Shown piece after piece: positions 1 through 7,608 of a stretch of DNA of 25,588 nucleotides. The notes beneath the pieces are model-generated. The model did no database searches and had not been told where the DNA came from. It worked only from the letters and a program-made list of their open reading frames with translations. How positions within the stretch are numbered: position 1 is the first letter of the stretch; every line of letters begins with the position of its first letter. The DNA is taken from IMG/VR virus record IMGVR_UViG_3300048575_000462, positions 1-25,588 of that record; one strand, given 5' to 3'. Origin of the DNA: a virus. Its lineage: Duplodnaviria > Caudoviricetes. The position numbers were made by a program, and so were the translations under genes.

Positions 1-720
1 CTAAGTAATCGGGTCCATGGTCAGACCGAAGTCCCGTTCAAGGTGGTAGGCTCGCCCGTGGACCACCCCAGACCCCAAGGCGATGGTGAGCTTTCGGGAC
101 AGGACGTCACGCTCCCACTGACCCGCCTGTGGGCCCACGGCACGGGCCAGTGCCTCCAGCCTGGCCACCTCGCTCGCACCGCTGGAAACGGCGGCCGTGT
201 AGCGGCGCTGTGACTTGGCAGTGACGCTCCCCATCTGCACGCAAATGTCAAAGCACAGGGCCAGACCCCGCTCGGAGGTAAAGCCGAACTCCCTGACGTA
301 CTGCACCGCCAGCCGCCAGTACGGCTCTTCGGCTGCCTTGCGTTGCATGGCCTGATAACCCGGCTCGGCCGCCAGGTTGCGGAATACTTGCACCCAGTGC
401 GGGAGCAATCGGTGCCCGCCGTCCTGGCGGTCGGCCCACCAGCGGACGGCCTGGGCGGGCGGCATATCGCAGACTGCCATCAGATCCGCCGACAGGTCGG
501 TTACGCCACGGCTCAGGACGGGCACCGAGCAGCAGCGTTTGAACGTCTCGGGGCCGTTCTTTTGCATGGCCTTCAGCAGGGCCTGCAAGGTGCCCTGGCC
601 AAAATTCCATTGGAGAAACCCGAAGCTGACGCCCTGGCCGTCAAAATTGCCGCTCAGGGCGCCGTAGCCGCCTCCCTCGAAGGCGGCAGTCACTGCAAAG
701 CATTTCTCTTGGGTGGTCAT
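1..720 (-). CDS. Endolysin, probable lysozyme-superfamily peptidoglycan hydrolase (239 aa)
   Basis: N-terminal 'FEGGGYGALSGNFDGQGVSFGFLQW' has the Glu plus beta-hairpin (G..SFG..QW) pattern of lysozyme-like muramidases. It lies after holin-like genes and is coupled to the upstream ORF by a TGATG overlap at 720. Confidence 0.7.
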   Translation of the reverse strand: MTTQEKCFAVTAAFEGGGYGALSGNFDGQGVSFGFLQWNFGQGTLQALLKAMQKNGPETFKRCCSVPVLSRGVTDLSADLMAVCDMPPAQAVRWWADRQDGGHRLLPHWVQVFRNLAAEPGYQAMQRKAAEEPYWRLAVQYVREFGFTSERGLALCFDICVQMGSVTAKSQRRYTAAVSSGASEVARLEALARAVGPQAGQWERDVLSRKLTIALGSGVVHGRAYHLERDFGLTMDPIT

Positions 721-1253
721 CAGATCCTCCGCGGGTCTGCAAACGCGTAGAGGACGGCATAGGCGTCCTCGTATGCGGCATCAGGGTAAAACGAGCGCTG
801 AACGAAGGCCTTGACCTCCTCGCCCCACGGGATCTCATTGACCCCATTGGTGTCGGCAATCCAGCGTTTGCCATCGGCCTGGAACTCGCAGACGCAATGC
901 GACCACGGGCCAGCGCTGATGAGCACCCACATGCGGGCATGCGGGTCTAAATCGAACAGGGACGCCTTGGAGTGGGCGGCCACGTCGTCGCAGTCCAGGC
1001 CAGCCAGGTCGCCGAGCCGTCCGTTGACCCGGCACCACTCCACCCGGCGCGGGTCCTCGGTGTAATCGACCTTCCCGCCCCACGGATCAGCCTTATAGGC
1101 GGCCGAGAGTTGCGTGACAACCCGTCGCAACTCGGCCACGCTGCGGACCTGGGGGACGGGAAGCATCTGCCCAGGCCAGAACGACGACCAGCCAGCGGAT
1201 AGGAAGTCCCGCACCGGCCACCAGGCGCGGGATAGCAGACCCAAGGGCGTCAC
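720..1253 (-). CDS. Transglutaminase-like/papain-fold protein with Cys-His-Asp triad (177 aa)
   Basis: Motifs LDCDDVA, SHCVCEF and WIADTNG occur in the order typical of transglutaminase-like cysteine proteases. Start and stop overlap both neighbours. Confidence 0.6.
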   Translation of the reverse strand: MTPLGLLSRAWWPVRDFLSAGWSSFWPGQMLPVPQVRSVAELRRVVTQLSAAYKADPWGGKVDYTEDPRRVEWCRVNGRLGDLAGLDCDDVAAHSKASLFDLDPHARMWVLISAGPWSHCVCEFQADGKRWIADTNGVNEIPWGEEVKAFVQRSFYPDAAYEDAYAVLYAFADPRRI

Positions 1254-1489
1254 GTGGTGCCGCCTGCCGGCGGGTCGCCCGGCATCTTGGCATCCGGCTT
1301 GACGGCCTGTGCTGCCGCCCCGGCGAGCTGGGCCAGCAGGGTCAGTGCCTGCTGCAACAGATCGGCCTGGGCTTGGTGCTGCTCCTTGCTGGGGGCGTCA
1401 AAGGCCTTCTTGGCCAAGCCAACCAACGCATAGCCCCCCGCCAGCAGCGGCACAGCCGCAACGGCGAAGGACACAACATCGAACGTCAT
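1250..1489 (-). CDS. Small membrane protein, holin or lysis accessory candidate (79 aa)
   Basis: Start re-called at ATG 1489, with AAGGAG SD upstream, which avoids overlap with 1503-1739. Hydrophobic N-terminal helix VVSFAVAAVPLLAGGYALVGLA. Located in the lysis cassette. Confidence 0.55.
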   Translation of the reverse strand: MTFDVVSFAVAAVPLLAGGYALVGLAKKAFDAPSKEQHQAQADLLQQALTLLAQLAGAAAQAVKPDAKMPGDPPAGGTT

Positions 1490-1502
1490 GAAAATGGCTC
1501 CT

Positions 1503-1739
1503 TTACTGGTTTCCGAACTTGCTCTTGATGGCGGACCATGCCGCAGGAATGCCGAGCGGGAGGAATGCGAGAATGCGCTTGAACAGCGCCCACTCCGTCT
1601 CCAGCCGTGTGAGGCGGCCATCAGACTTGGACTGGGCCTTGTAGTGCTCGTCTCGATAGGCGTCGATCTTGGCTTCGATTCGCTCGTGCCAGTCATCGGG
1701 CCAATCTGTTCCATCGGGCTTCGTGGTCATGTGGTGCAT
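1503..1739 (-). CDS. Small coiled-coil plus C-terminal hydrophobic helix protein, holin/XhlA-like candidate (78 aa)
   Basis: GGGAG upstream. Charged coiled coil (RLTRLE) followed by ILAFLPLGIPAAWSAI and a basic tail. First gene after the terminator at 1772-1798. Confidence 0.55.
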   Translation of the reverse strand: MHHMTTKPDGTDWPDDWHERIEAKIDAYRDEHYKAQSKSDGRLTRLETEWALFKRILAFLPLGIPAAWSAIKSKFGNQ

Positions 1740-1771
1740 CTCCCGGTCGGCCGGCTCCTCCGGCGCATAGC

Positions 1772-1798
1772 AAAAGGCCCCGTCATGGCTGACGGGGC
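1772..1798 (-). terminator. Intrinsic terminator between tail and lysis modules
   Basis: Minus strand GCCCCGTCA-GCCA-TGACGGGGC followed by CTTTTGC. Confidence 0.75.
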
Positions 1799-1813
1799 TG
1801 TTTGGGCTTGTGG

Positions 1814-2203
1814 TTAAGCGGCTATGATCTGGGCCTTGATGGCCTCAATCTCCTCTTGGATGGCGGTGGTGTCCTCGCCCATCTCGACTGCAGCTGCCCG
1901 CTCGTTGACGAGGATCCCAAGTTGCTGACGCAGTTCCTGGACATTCACAACAGGAGTAGGCTCGACAAAGGTGAAAATACCGTTGGCATCCACGACAGCA
2001 CGGCCACAGCACCTGATCATTTCCCGCGCCGTATCGGTATCATCGCTGACCCACATGAATTGCAGAGCACTCTCGTCGGCGTCTGGGAATAGCTGCGGTT
2101 TCCTGAACTCCCGCCAATGGGCCAACCCGTCATCAAGGGAGTGGACCCATGACAACAAACCAGTGTTATCAATGACAACACTGCCTTTAGTCACAATCAG
2201 CAT
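1814..2203 (-). CDS. Hypothetical tail-fibre-associated protein, possible fibre assembly chaperone (129 aa)
   Basis: AAGGA SD. Acidic, with a C-terminal coiled coil. Follows the fibre-like genes. Function inferred from position only. Confidence 0.5.
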   Translation of the reverse strand: MLIVTKGSVVIDNTGLLSWVHSLDDGLAHWREFRKPQLFPDADESALQFMWVSDDTDTAREMIRCCGRAVVDANGIFTFVEPTPVVNVQELRQQLGILVNERAAAVEMGEDTTAIQEEIEAIKAQIIAA

Positions 2204-2218
2204 ATTACGTTCCTTCGT

Positions 2219-2677
2219 CTACATTGCGATTACGACGGCTGTCAACTGCACATAACCAGGCGACGACGATGCCTGAATGTGCAAATTGAACGTCGATCCT
2301 GAGTAAGAAGCGCCATAAAGGCCTACTGTTCCTTGGCCGCCGTCAAAGTTGTACCCGGCGCCTGCCGTGTATGGCGGATTTACCACATTCACAGAGCCAA
2401 TCATACTTACAGAGCCAGTTGTGCCACCAACCGTGATAATGTTAAACCCGGTGGATGGTGAATAGGTGAATACGCCAACGGGCCGCTTATAACTGGAATG
2501 TGGGTTATACACAATCCCAAAGAATGACGTTTTGCCAGTGCCAACGTTAAGTGACATCAGGGTTTGTCCGTTGCCACCAAGGTATGTGGCTGTATCTGTC
2601 GCTGAAACCATCACAGGAGTACCCCCGGCAGACGGTTTCGCCAAAGCAGATAGGAAAAATGGAAGTGAGTTGAACAT
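2219..2677 (-). CDS. Beta-rich Gly/Ser/Thr/Tyr protein, candidate receptor-binding or fibre tip subunit (152 aa)
   Basis: AGGAGG SD in the end of the previous gene. Composition typical of phage fibres. Visibly AT-richer than the flanks. Confidence 0.55.
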   Translation of the reverse strand: MFNSLPFFLSALAKPSAGGTPVMVSATDTATYLGGNGQTLMSLNVGTGKTSFFGIVYNPHSSYKRPVGVFTYSPSTGFNIITVGGTTGSVSMIGSVNVVNPPYTAGAGYNFDGGQGTVGLYGASYSGSTFNLHIQASSSPGYVQLTAVVIAM

Positions 2678-2680
2678 CGC

Positions 2681-3496
2681 TTACGCCTCCTGAGCCGCTA
2701 CAGCCGTGCAGCGGTTTGATCCGTCGAACGTGTAGGTGTAGCGAGCGATGGTCAGCCCGCCGATCTTCACGGCAAGGCTATCGATGAGGTCGGTGCTGAC
2801 CGTGTAGACGCCCACCAGCACGATCACGGTGCCATCGGCCAGCGTGATCGTCTTGGTGGCCCGTGTCTTACCAGCTGACGGCGTATCGGCGGCATAGGCC
2901 GTCGTCTCTGCCACCGGGACCAGCCCGGCGGTCAGGGCGTCGATGCTGGCTGTCCCATTGGTCGACGGCGCCGCGGGCTCCGTATTGGGTGGGTGGGCGA
3001 CGACCTGGAACGTCGGCGTCACCCCCGCCTGAAACACCACCCGCCCATCAGTGGCGATCGTGCAATTGCTGACGGCCGACAGGTCCGCTTGACGGCATTG
3101 ATACTTGGGTTGGCCTGATGCCGCCCCAGCCAGCGAGACATACACATACAGGCCATCGGTATAGCCAAGGTTGGGCGTGATGCCTGTCGGCACGATCTGA
3201 ACGGCGTTCTGCGCACCGCCCAGGGCCACGCTGATTTCGGCGCCGGCCTTGCTGGTCCCATTCGGACCACGGAAGGCCAATGCCATGTACTTGGTCTGGC
3301 TGGCCGTCATGGACCCGCCTGTGCCAGCCGTGCAGGCAAACTCGGACGACAACGGCGCCGACAGCTTGAACTGCTGGTGGGCGGCGTCGTGGTCTTCGGC
3401 GAACGCCTTGAGCTTGTTATCGTTGCCACCGACCGCAGCGGCGTCAAATGACGTACCGCCTCCAATCGTGGCGAGTGGTTGGACTTGTTTGGACAT
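2681..3496 (-). CDS. Minor tail/fibre structural protein (271 aa)
   Basis: AGGAGG SD. Ala/Thr/Gly-rich beta-strand pattern. Located in the tail-tip module. Confidence 0.6.
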   Translation of the reverse strand: MSKQVQPLATIGGGTSFDAAAVGGNDNKLKAFAEDHDAAHQQFKLSAPLSSEFACTAGTGGSMTASQTKYMALAFRGPNGTSKAGAEISVALGGAQNAVQIVPTGITPNLGYTDGLYVYVSLAGAASGQPKYQCRQADLSAVSNCTIATDGRVVFQAGVTPTFQVVAHPPNTEPAAPSTNGTASIDALTAGLVPVAETTAYAADTPSAGKTRATKTITLADGTVIVLVGVYTVSTDLIDSLAVKIGGLTIARYTYTFDGSNRCTAVAAQEA

Positions 3497-3504
3497 GGTT
3501 CCTC

Positions 3505-4314
3505 CTACCTGGCGACCGCTTCCCAGGCGATGCGGCCGTTGATGGGTGTCCCGTCATGCAGGACCAAAGCGACGTCAAATCCCGTCGTCGTGATGTTGCG
3601 GATGCGATACCGGACGTCCTGTTCGGCGTTCCATTCCGGGGTGACCTGGATCAGCGGCGCCTGGGTGAACGGGACCGAGAAGGGGATCGTGTTCCAGCCG
3701 ACCGAGGGCTCTGCATGGCCGGCATCCCGAAACCGCGGCCCCTTGATGGCCCAGGTCAGGCCCGACAGGTAGCAAGGGTCATAGCCGGCCTGCGGTACCG
3801 TGATCAGCACCCGGACGTAACGGATGGGCAGGCGGACAGTGGCCATGGTCGCCCCGGTCTGCTCACCCTCCCAAACCCACCAGTCGGTGCCGTTGGTCGA
3901 CCAATGGACCTCCAGCGTCGGATTACCGGCGAGAAACGCCCCCAGGGCCGTGAAGGTCAGCTCCCCGTGATACACGGCCCCGAGGTCGATGACCTGCGTC
4001 AGGTAGTGCCAGGGGCCGAGCCATTGGGAATCCCAGACGCCGGTATCCCAGGTCATCGACGCTTCGGCTTGGATCCATGTGATACCGGCCTTGGGCCAGA
4101 GCTGGCCGCTGTCGGCATTGACCTCGCAATCCACCTTGGTCCCGGCCCAGCCGCCGTCCGTGGACGCCGTGGCAGAGGCGTAGGTCGCCGCCGCTCGGGT
4201 CAACAGGTTCATCTCGGCGTCGACGGCCTGTACGGCATCCACAAGGGAGTTGTGGTCGTTGTCAACGACGGTCGCCCCGTCGTTGACTTTGTAGAGCTTG
4301 CTCAGATCAGACAT
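3505..4314 (-). CDS. Tail fibre/minor tail protein with C-terminal H-type-lectin-like domain (269 aa)
   Basis: C-terminal 'TIPFSVPFTQAPLIQVT...IRNITTTGFDV...IAWEAVA' matches the H-type lectin/gp53-like pattern. Central discoidin-like segment (STNGTDW...RYVRV). Confidence 0.7.
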   Translation of the reverse strand: MSDLSKLYKVNDGATVVDNDHNSLVDAVQAVDAEMNLLTRAAATYASATASTDGGWAGTKVDCEVNADSGQLWPKAGITWIQAEASMTWDTGVWDSQWLGPWHYLTQVIDLGAVYHGELTFTALGAFLAGNPTLEVHWSTNGTDWWVWEGEQTGATMATVRLPIRYVRVLITVPQAGYDPCYLSGLTWAIKGPRFRDAGHAEPSVGWNTIPFSVPFTQAPLIQVTPEWNAEQDVRYRIRNITTTGFDVALVLHDGTPINGRIAWEAVAR

Positions 4315-4319
4315 GGCGA

Positions 4320-4952
4320 TCAGCTCGGGTTCTGGTACAGGATGGAGAATTGGCCCGTCACCGTGTCATCCGCCGTCTTGTTGATGGTGTCGGGCCAGCG
4401 GTTGAAGGCGTAGCCGGTGCCGGCGGCGTTGGTGGCGAAGTTGGCCCCCAGGGCCCACTCGGTCCACGAGCCTATGCCCTCGTCCGGGGGGATGTACCAG
4501 TAAAAGGTGCCCTTGCCCGTGGACGTTGCCTTGCGCTTGACCAGCGGGGCCCGATACCCCTCGATCTGCAGGGCCGTCCACGTCGGGTCGGTCGGCAGCG
4601 TCCCGGTGCCGGCGATGATATGGCTAATGCCCAGGCCGGCGGCGTTGGCAGCCCCGATCAAGTCGTCCCGGTGCTTGTTGAAAACCCAGTTGAAGACCCG
4701 GTTACGGCCCTTGCGCCGGTTGGCTGCAGGGTTGTGCTTGGCGAACACCGCCCGCAGCTCCGGATCGTCGGACGGGCAGCCGGCGAACTCCGCATTGCGG
4801 GTGCAGGTTGCCAGCAGCGGGCACCCCGCATCAATGCAGCCTTTGAAGCTATTCTTACGCCGGTCCCATTCGACCCAGATAGCCGGCTCGGTCCGCCCAG
4901 ATTGCCGGTGCAGACGGTGGCCGTCGCCCCGGGTGATCGTGATAACTGCCAT
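4320..4952 (-). CDS. Minor tail protein, tail-collar-fibre-like (210 aa)
   Basis: Start re-called at ATG 4952 (GAGGGAG SD, just after a terminator). 'HIIAGTGT...TALQIE...EWAL...INKTADDTVT' resembles tail-collar fibre N-terminal domains. Confidence 0.6.
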   Translation of the reverse strand: MAVITITRGDGHRLHRQSGRTEPAIWVEWDRRKNSFKGCIDAGCPLLATCTRNAEFAGCPSDDPELRAVFAKHNPAANRRKGRNRVFNWVFNKHRDDLIGAANAAGLGISHIIAGTGTLPTDPTWTALQIEGYRAPLVKRKATSTGKGTFYWYIPPDEGIGSWTEWALGANFATNAAGTGYAFNRWPDTINKTADDTVTGQFSILYQNPS

Positions 4953-4980
4953 GGTGTCTCCCTCTTGCCGGTCAGCCGGC

Positions 4981-5008
4981 AAAAAAGAAGGCCCCGCCGA
5001 AGCGGGGC
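4981..5008 (-). terminator. Intrinsic terminator
   Basis: GCCCCGC-TTCG-GCGGGGC followed by CTTCTTTTTT on the minus strand, with a cUUCGg tetraloop. Confidence 0.85.
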
Positions 5009-5022
5009 ATGGCATCGAGAGG

Positions 5023-7272
5023 CTACCAGGGGAGAACGGCGGGTACCGGCTCCGTGACCGGGACGGTGGCGTACAGGGCCCGGCCGTATGCGGCCGACCC
5101 ATAGAGCCACGGCGGCAGGAAGTCGGGCCCCAGGGTGGAGGCGTCCAGGCTGGTGATGACGTGGATGGGGTCTTCACCATCGATGTCGGCAGCCGTCGTC
5201 AGGCGGTCCAACAGCTCGACAAAGGTCAGCACCTCGCCACCGTCCATGTCGGGGATGGTCGTCAGCTTCTCCGGCGTCTCCACGACGTGCGCCCGATCCT
5301 CACCGGCCTGTATCAGTTCCAAGGGCTGATCCTCTCCCCAGTCAAGCCGCTTGCTCTCAGCGATCAGCCTGGCAATGAAGTCAGCGACCCCGTGAATGGT
5401 GCTGCCGGCCGTGATCGTGTAGTCGTAGATATCGCCGTTGAAATGCTGGAAATCCACGTCGGTGATGTAGAAGTCCTGATCGACCGCATCTCGGGTGACG
5501 TGTATACCGACGACCTGGCCCGGGGCGTAGCCATCCACGCCGGTTTTCCAGCGGGCCTGCAGCTTTGTGTTTCCGAACTCACGGCAGATGGCCTCAGCCT
5601 TGTCGGCCGCCTGGTCCATGGACGTGATGTCCTCGTCCTTCTCCTCCCAGTACCGCCACCCGGCCCGCTCGCCGGTTTCGCCCGTGAGCGCCTTGATGGC
5701 CTCGATAGACGCCCCGTCCGTCGCCAGCCCCCAGACGGGCACCGGCTCGTGATAGGTGGCCTCGATCGCCGCTCCGCTGCCCGGGACGTTGGTCGTGAAC
5801 CACTCCAGCAGCCAGTATTCTGGCGACAGCACGCAATCGACGTGGGCATTGTCAGTGCCCTTGTAGCCGACGATCTGGGTGACACCTGCCACCTTGACCA
5901 GGCAGCCCGCCACGGGCAGCTTCATCGACAGTTCGTAGATGCTGGCGTTGATGCTCTTGTCCGCCAAGCCGGCGTAGAGTGTCGTCGCCGTGCCGGTCGA
6001 TGTGTTGGCCAACAGCGTCCACGTCCGGCCGGAATAGGCACCGAAGGTCCCGCCCTTGATTTCATAGCGGGCCCCGCCGCCGGCCTTCAGGACTACACGG
6101 ACGGCATAGCTGGTCTCCAGGGCCGTCGTGAAGCCGACCAGCGCAACCTTGACGCCGTTCTCGACAATGTGGACCGCGCCCGCCTCGAACAGTACGCCGT
6201 GCAGGCAGTCGGTAATGTCCACGCCCAAGCCGTCGAAGAACCCGGCGATCATGGAGCCGTTGGCGTGTATCAGCAGGTCAGCGAGGACGTACAGACCATC
6301 CTGGCGAATGCCGGACTTTTTGGAGACCAGCCCGACCTGCCCCCAGGCCCCCGGACCGGTGCCGACGAGTTGGCAGGCCCCCAGCTTGTAGCCGAAGTTA
6401 TCAACGACCAGGTACCCGTCAGCCGAGTTGAACGGCAGTTTCCCGGCGTCGGACTGGGCCGGCGGGCTCGGGTTGGGGACGTCATGCTCAGTCCAGACGG
6501 CGGACTGCGGCTTGTAGTCCGTCGCCGGGGCGAACCGATCGAACACAATCGGGTTGCTGTCCGTGCTGTAGGGCCGCCGGGACAGTCGGCGCTTGGCGGT
6601 GATGCCGTCCCCGGTGAATGTGTCCGTGGTGGTGTCGTCGGACATGGCATCCTTGCCACGGACCATGACGACGTTGCGGATCGCCGTGTCATCCCATGTG
6701 ACTTCCAGATCCTCGAAGTTGCAGCTCGTGTCCGTCAGGTCTTCGGGGGCCGGCGTCTCGCCCTTGGGCTGGAACACCAGCCGCTTGTAGGCGTCTACCT
6801 CCCAGTGCCAACCAAGCTTGCCGGCAAGGCCCTGGATCAGCTCCAAGGGGTACCCCTTGAAGGCGAACACCGGCAGCTCGGGGCCGTCCTGGACCAAGCT
6901 GGTGTCGATGTCCGGGTTGTACCGGGCGACGGCCTGGCGGATGGAGGCCCCGGCCGACTGCACGGGGAAGCGCATGGCGATGGGGTGCCGCTGCAGCAGG
7001 TGGGAGAACCCACCGACGCTGACGGTGTAGGCGACCTTATAGGCCCCACGCCCATCCCGCCGCTTTACGGCCGACTGGACCACCCCACCGAAGACCCGGG
7101 CGCCGCTGGCCCGCTCGATCACCACTTCGCTGTGACCACGGGGCCGATAGTCGAACGAAACGAACTCGGCCGTATTGGGCTCCCGATCGTTCTTCGTGAC
7201 ATGCAGCGAAGGACGCTCCAGGGCGCCGCCGAGGTCGTTCAGGTCCGTGTCGTTGATGAGGATGAATGCCAT
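5023..7272 (-). CDS. Large tail-tip/baseplate hub protein (749 aa)
   Basis: First large gene after the tape measure gene. Hub-like motifs (VFGGVV; LAGKLGWHWEVD..KRLVF; IRNVVMVRG; PGQVVGI), with a beta-rich insertion in the middle. Confidence 0.7.
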   Translation of the reverse strand: MAFILINDTDLNDLGGALERPSLHVTKNDREPNTAEFVSFDYRPRGHSEVVIERASGARVFGGVVQSAVKRRDGRGAYKVAYTVSVGGFSHLLQRHPIAMRFPVQSAGASIRQAVARYNPDIDTSLVQDGPELPVFAFKGYPLELIQGLAGKLGWHWEVDAYKRLVFQPKGETPAPEDLTDTSCNFEDLEVTWDDTAIRNVVMVRGKDAMSDDTTTDTFTGDGITAKRRLSRRPYSTDSNPIVFDRFAPATDYKPQSAVWTEHDVPNPSPPAQSDAGKLPFNSADGYLVVDNFGYKLGACQLVGTGPGAWGQVGLVSKKSGIRQDGLYVLADLLIHANGSMIAGFFDGLGVDITDCLHGVLFEAGAVHIVENGVKVALVGFTTALETSYAVRVVLKAGGGARYEIKGGTFGAYSGRTWTLLANTSTGTATTLYAGLADKSINASIYELSMKLPVAGCLVKVAGVTQIVGYKGTDNAHVDCVLSPEYWLLEWFTTNVPGSGAAIEATYHEPVPVWGLATDGASIEAIKALTGETGERAGWRYWEEKDEDITSMDQAADKAEAICREFGNTKLQARWKTGVDGYAPGQVVGIHVTRDAVDQDFYITDVDFQHFNGDIYDYTITAGSTIHGVADFIARLIAESKRLDWGEDQPLELIQAGEDRAHVVETPEKLTTIPDMDGGEVLTFVELLDRLTTAADIDGEDPIHVITSLDASTLGPDFLPPWLYGSAAYGRALYATVPVTEPVPAVLPW

Positions 7273-7274
7273 GC

Positions 7275-7297
7275 AAAAAGGCCGCCCGTAGGCGGCC
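7275..7297 (-). terminator. Intrinsic terminator closing the lipoprotein moron
   Basis: GGCCGCC-TACG-GGCGGCC followed by TTTTT, with a cUACGg tetraloop. Confidence 0.85.
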
Positions 7298-7309
7298 CTG
7301 CAACGGCTG

Positions 7310-7579
7310 CTATTTGCGACACTCTTTCAGTGCTGCCGTGAACCCGTCAGGCCGCCATCTGCCAGCCTTGTAGTCCTCACTTTCCAACTCAAGCAACCGC
7401 GGGTCCATTTGCCCCTTTATGCGTTGAAATGCGCAATAGCAGTCATCAAGCGAAATTCCGTCCTTGATGCAGCCCAACGTCACGTTAAACGAGGCGTTTT
7501 GCAGCGACTGCTGTTCCGCTGGTGTGGGTCCGCACCCGACGAGAAGGCCGCTTAAGGCGATGATAGTTAGACGGCGCAT
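7310..7579 (-). CDS. Small lipoprotein moron, possible superinfection exclusion (89 aa)
   Basis: Signal peptide MRRLTIIALSGLLVG-C with lipobox LVGC, GGGAGG SD, AT-richer codons, flanked by its own promoter-like box and terminator. Confidence 0.75.
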   Translation of the reverse strand: MRRLTIIALSGLLVGCGPTPAEQQSLQNASFNVTLGCIKDGISLDDCYCAFQRIKGQMDPRLLELESEDYKAGRWRPDGFTAALKECRK

Positions 7580-7597
7580 GGTGCCCTCCCAACCGCC

Positions 7598-7606
7598 ATC
7601 ATATCA
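7598..7606 (-). promoter_or_regulatory. Candidate extended -10 promoter (TGaTATGAT) for the lipoprotein gene
   Basis: TGn plus TATGAT in the 29-bp gap between the tape measure stop and the lipoprotein ATG, upstream of the SD. Confidence 0.55.
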
Positions 7607-7608
7607 GG

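Noticed and set aside
1490-1714. N-terminal extension of the 154-aa ORF 1250-1714
   Set aside because: Overlaps the 1503-1739 gene; the SD supports a start at 1489.
2219-4314. Diversity-generating retroelement or invertible fibre cassette
   Set aside because: No template/variable repeat pair, reverse transcriptase, invertase or inverted fibre segments were seen in the window.
4953-5180. N-terminal extension of ORF 4320-5180 (likewise 14848-15003 and 16859-16879)
   Set aside because: The extensions run through upstream genes or terminators, or lack an SD. Internal ATGs have clear SDs.
4507-7341. 944-aa plus-strand ORF
   Set aside because: Antisense shadow of the tail genes, expected from GC-rich codon bias. 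No recognisable motifs, and it crosses terminators.
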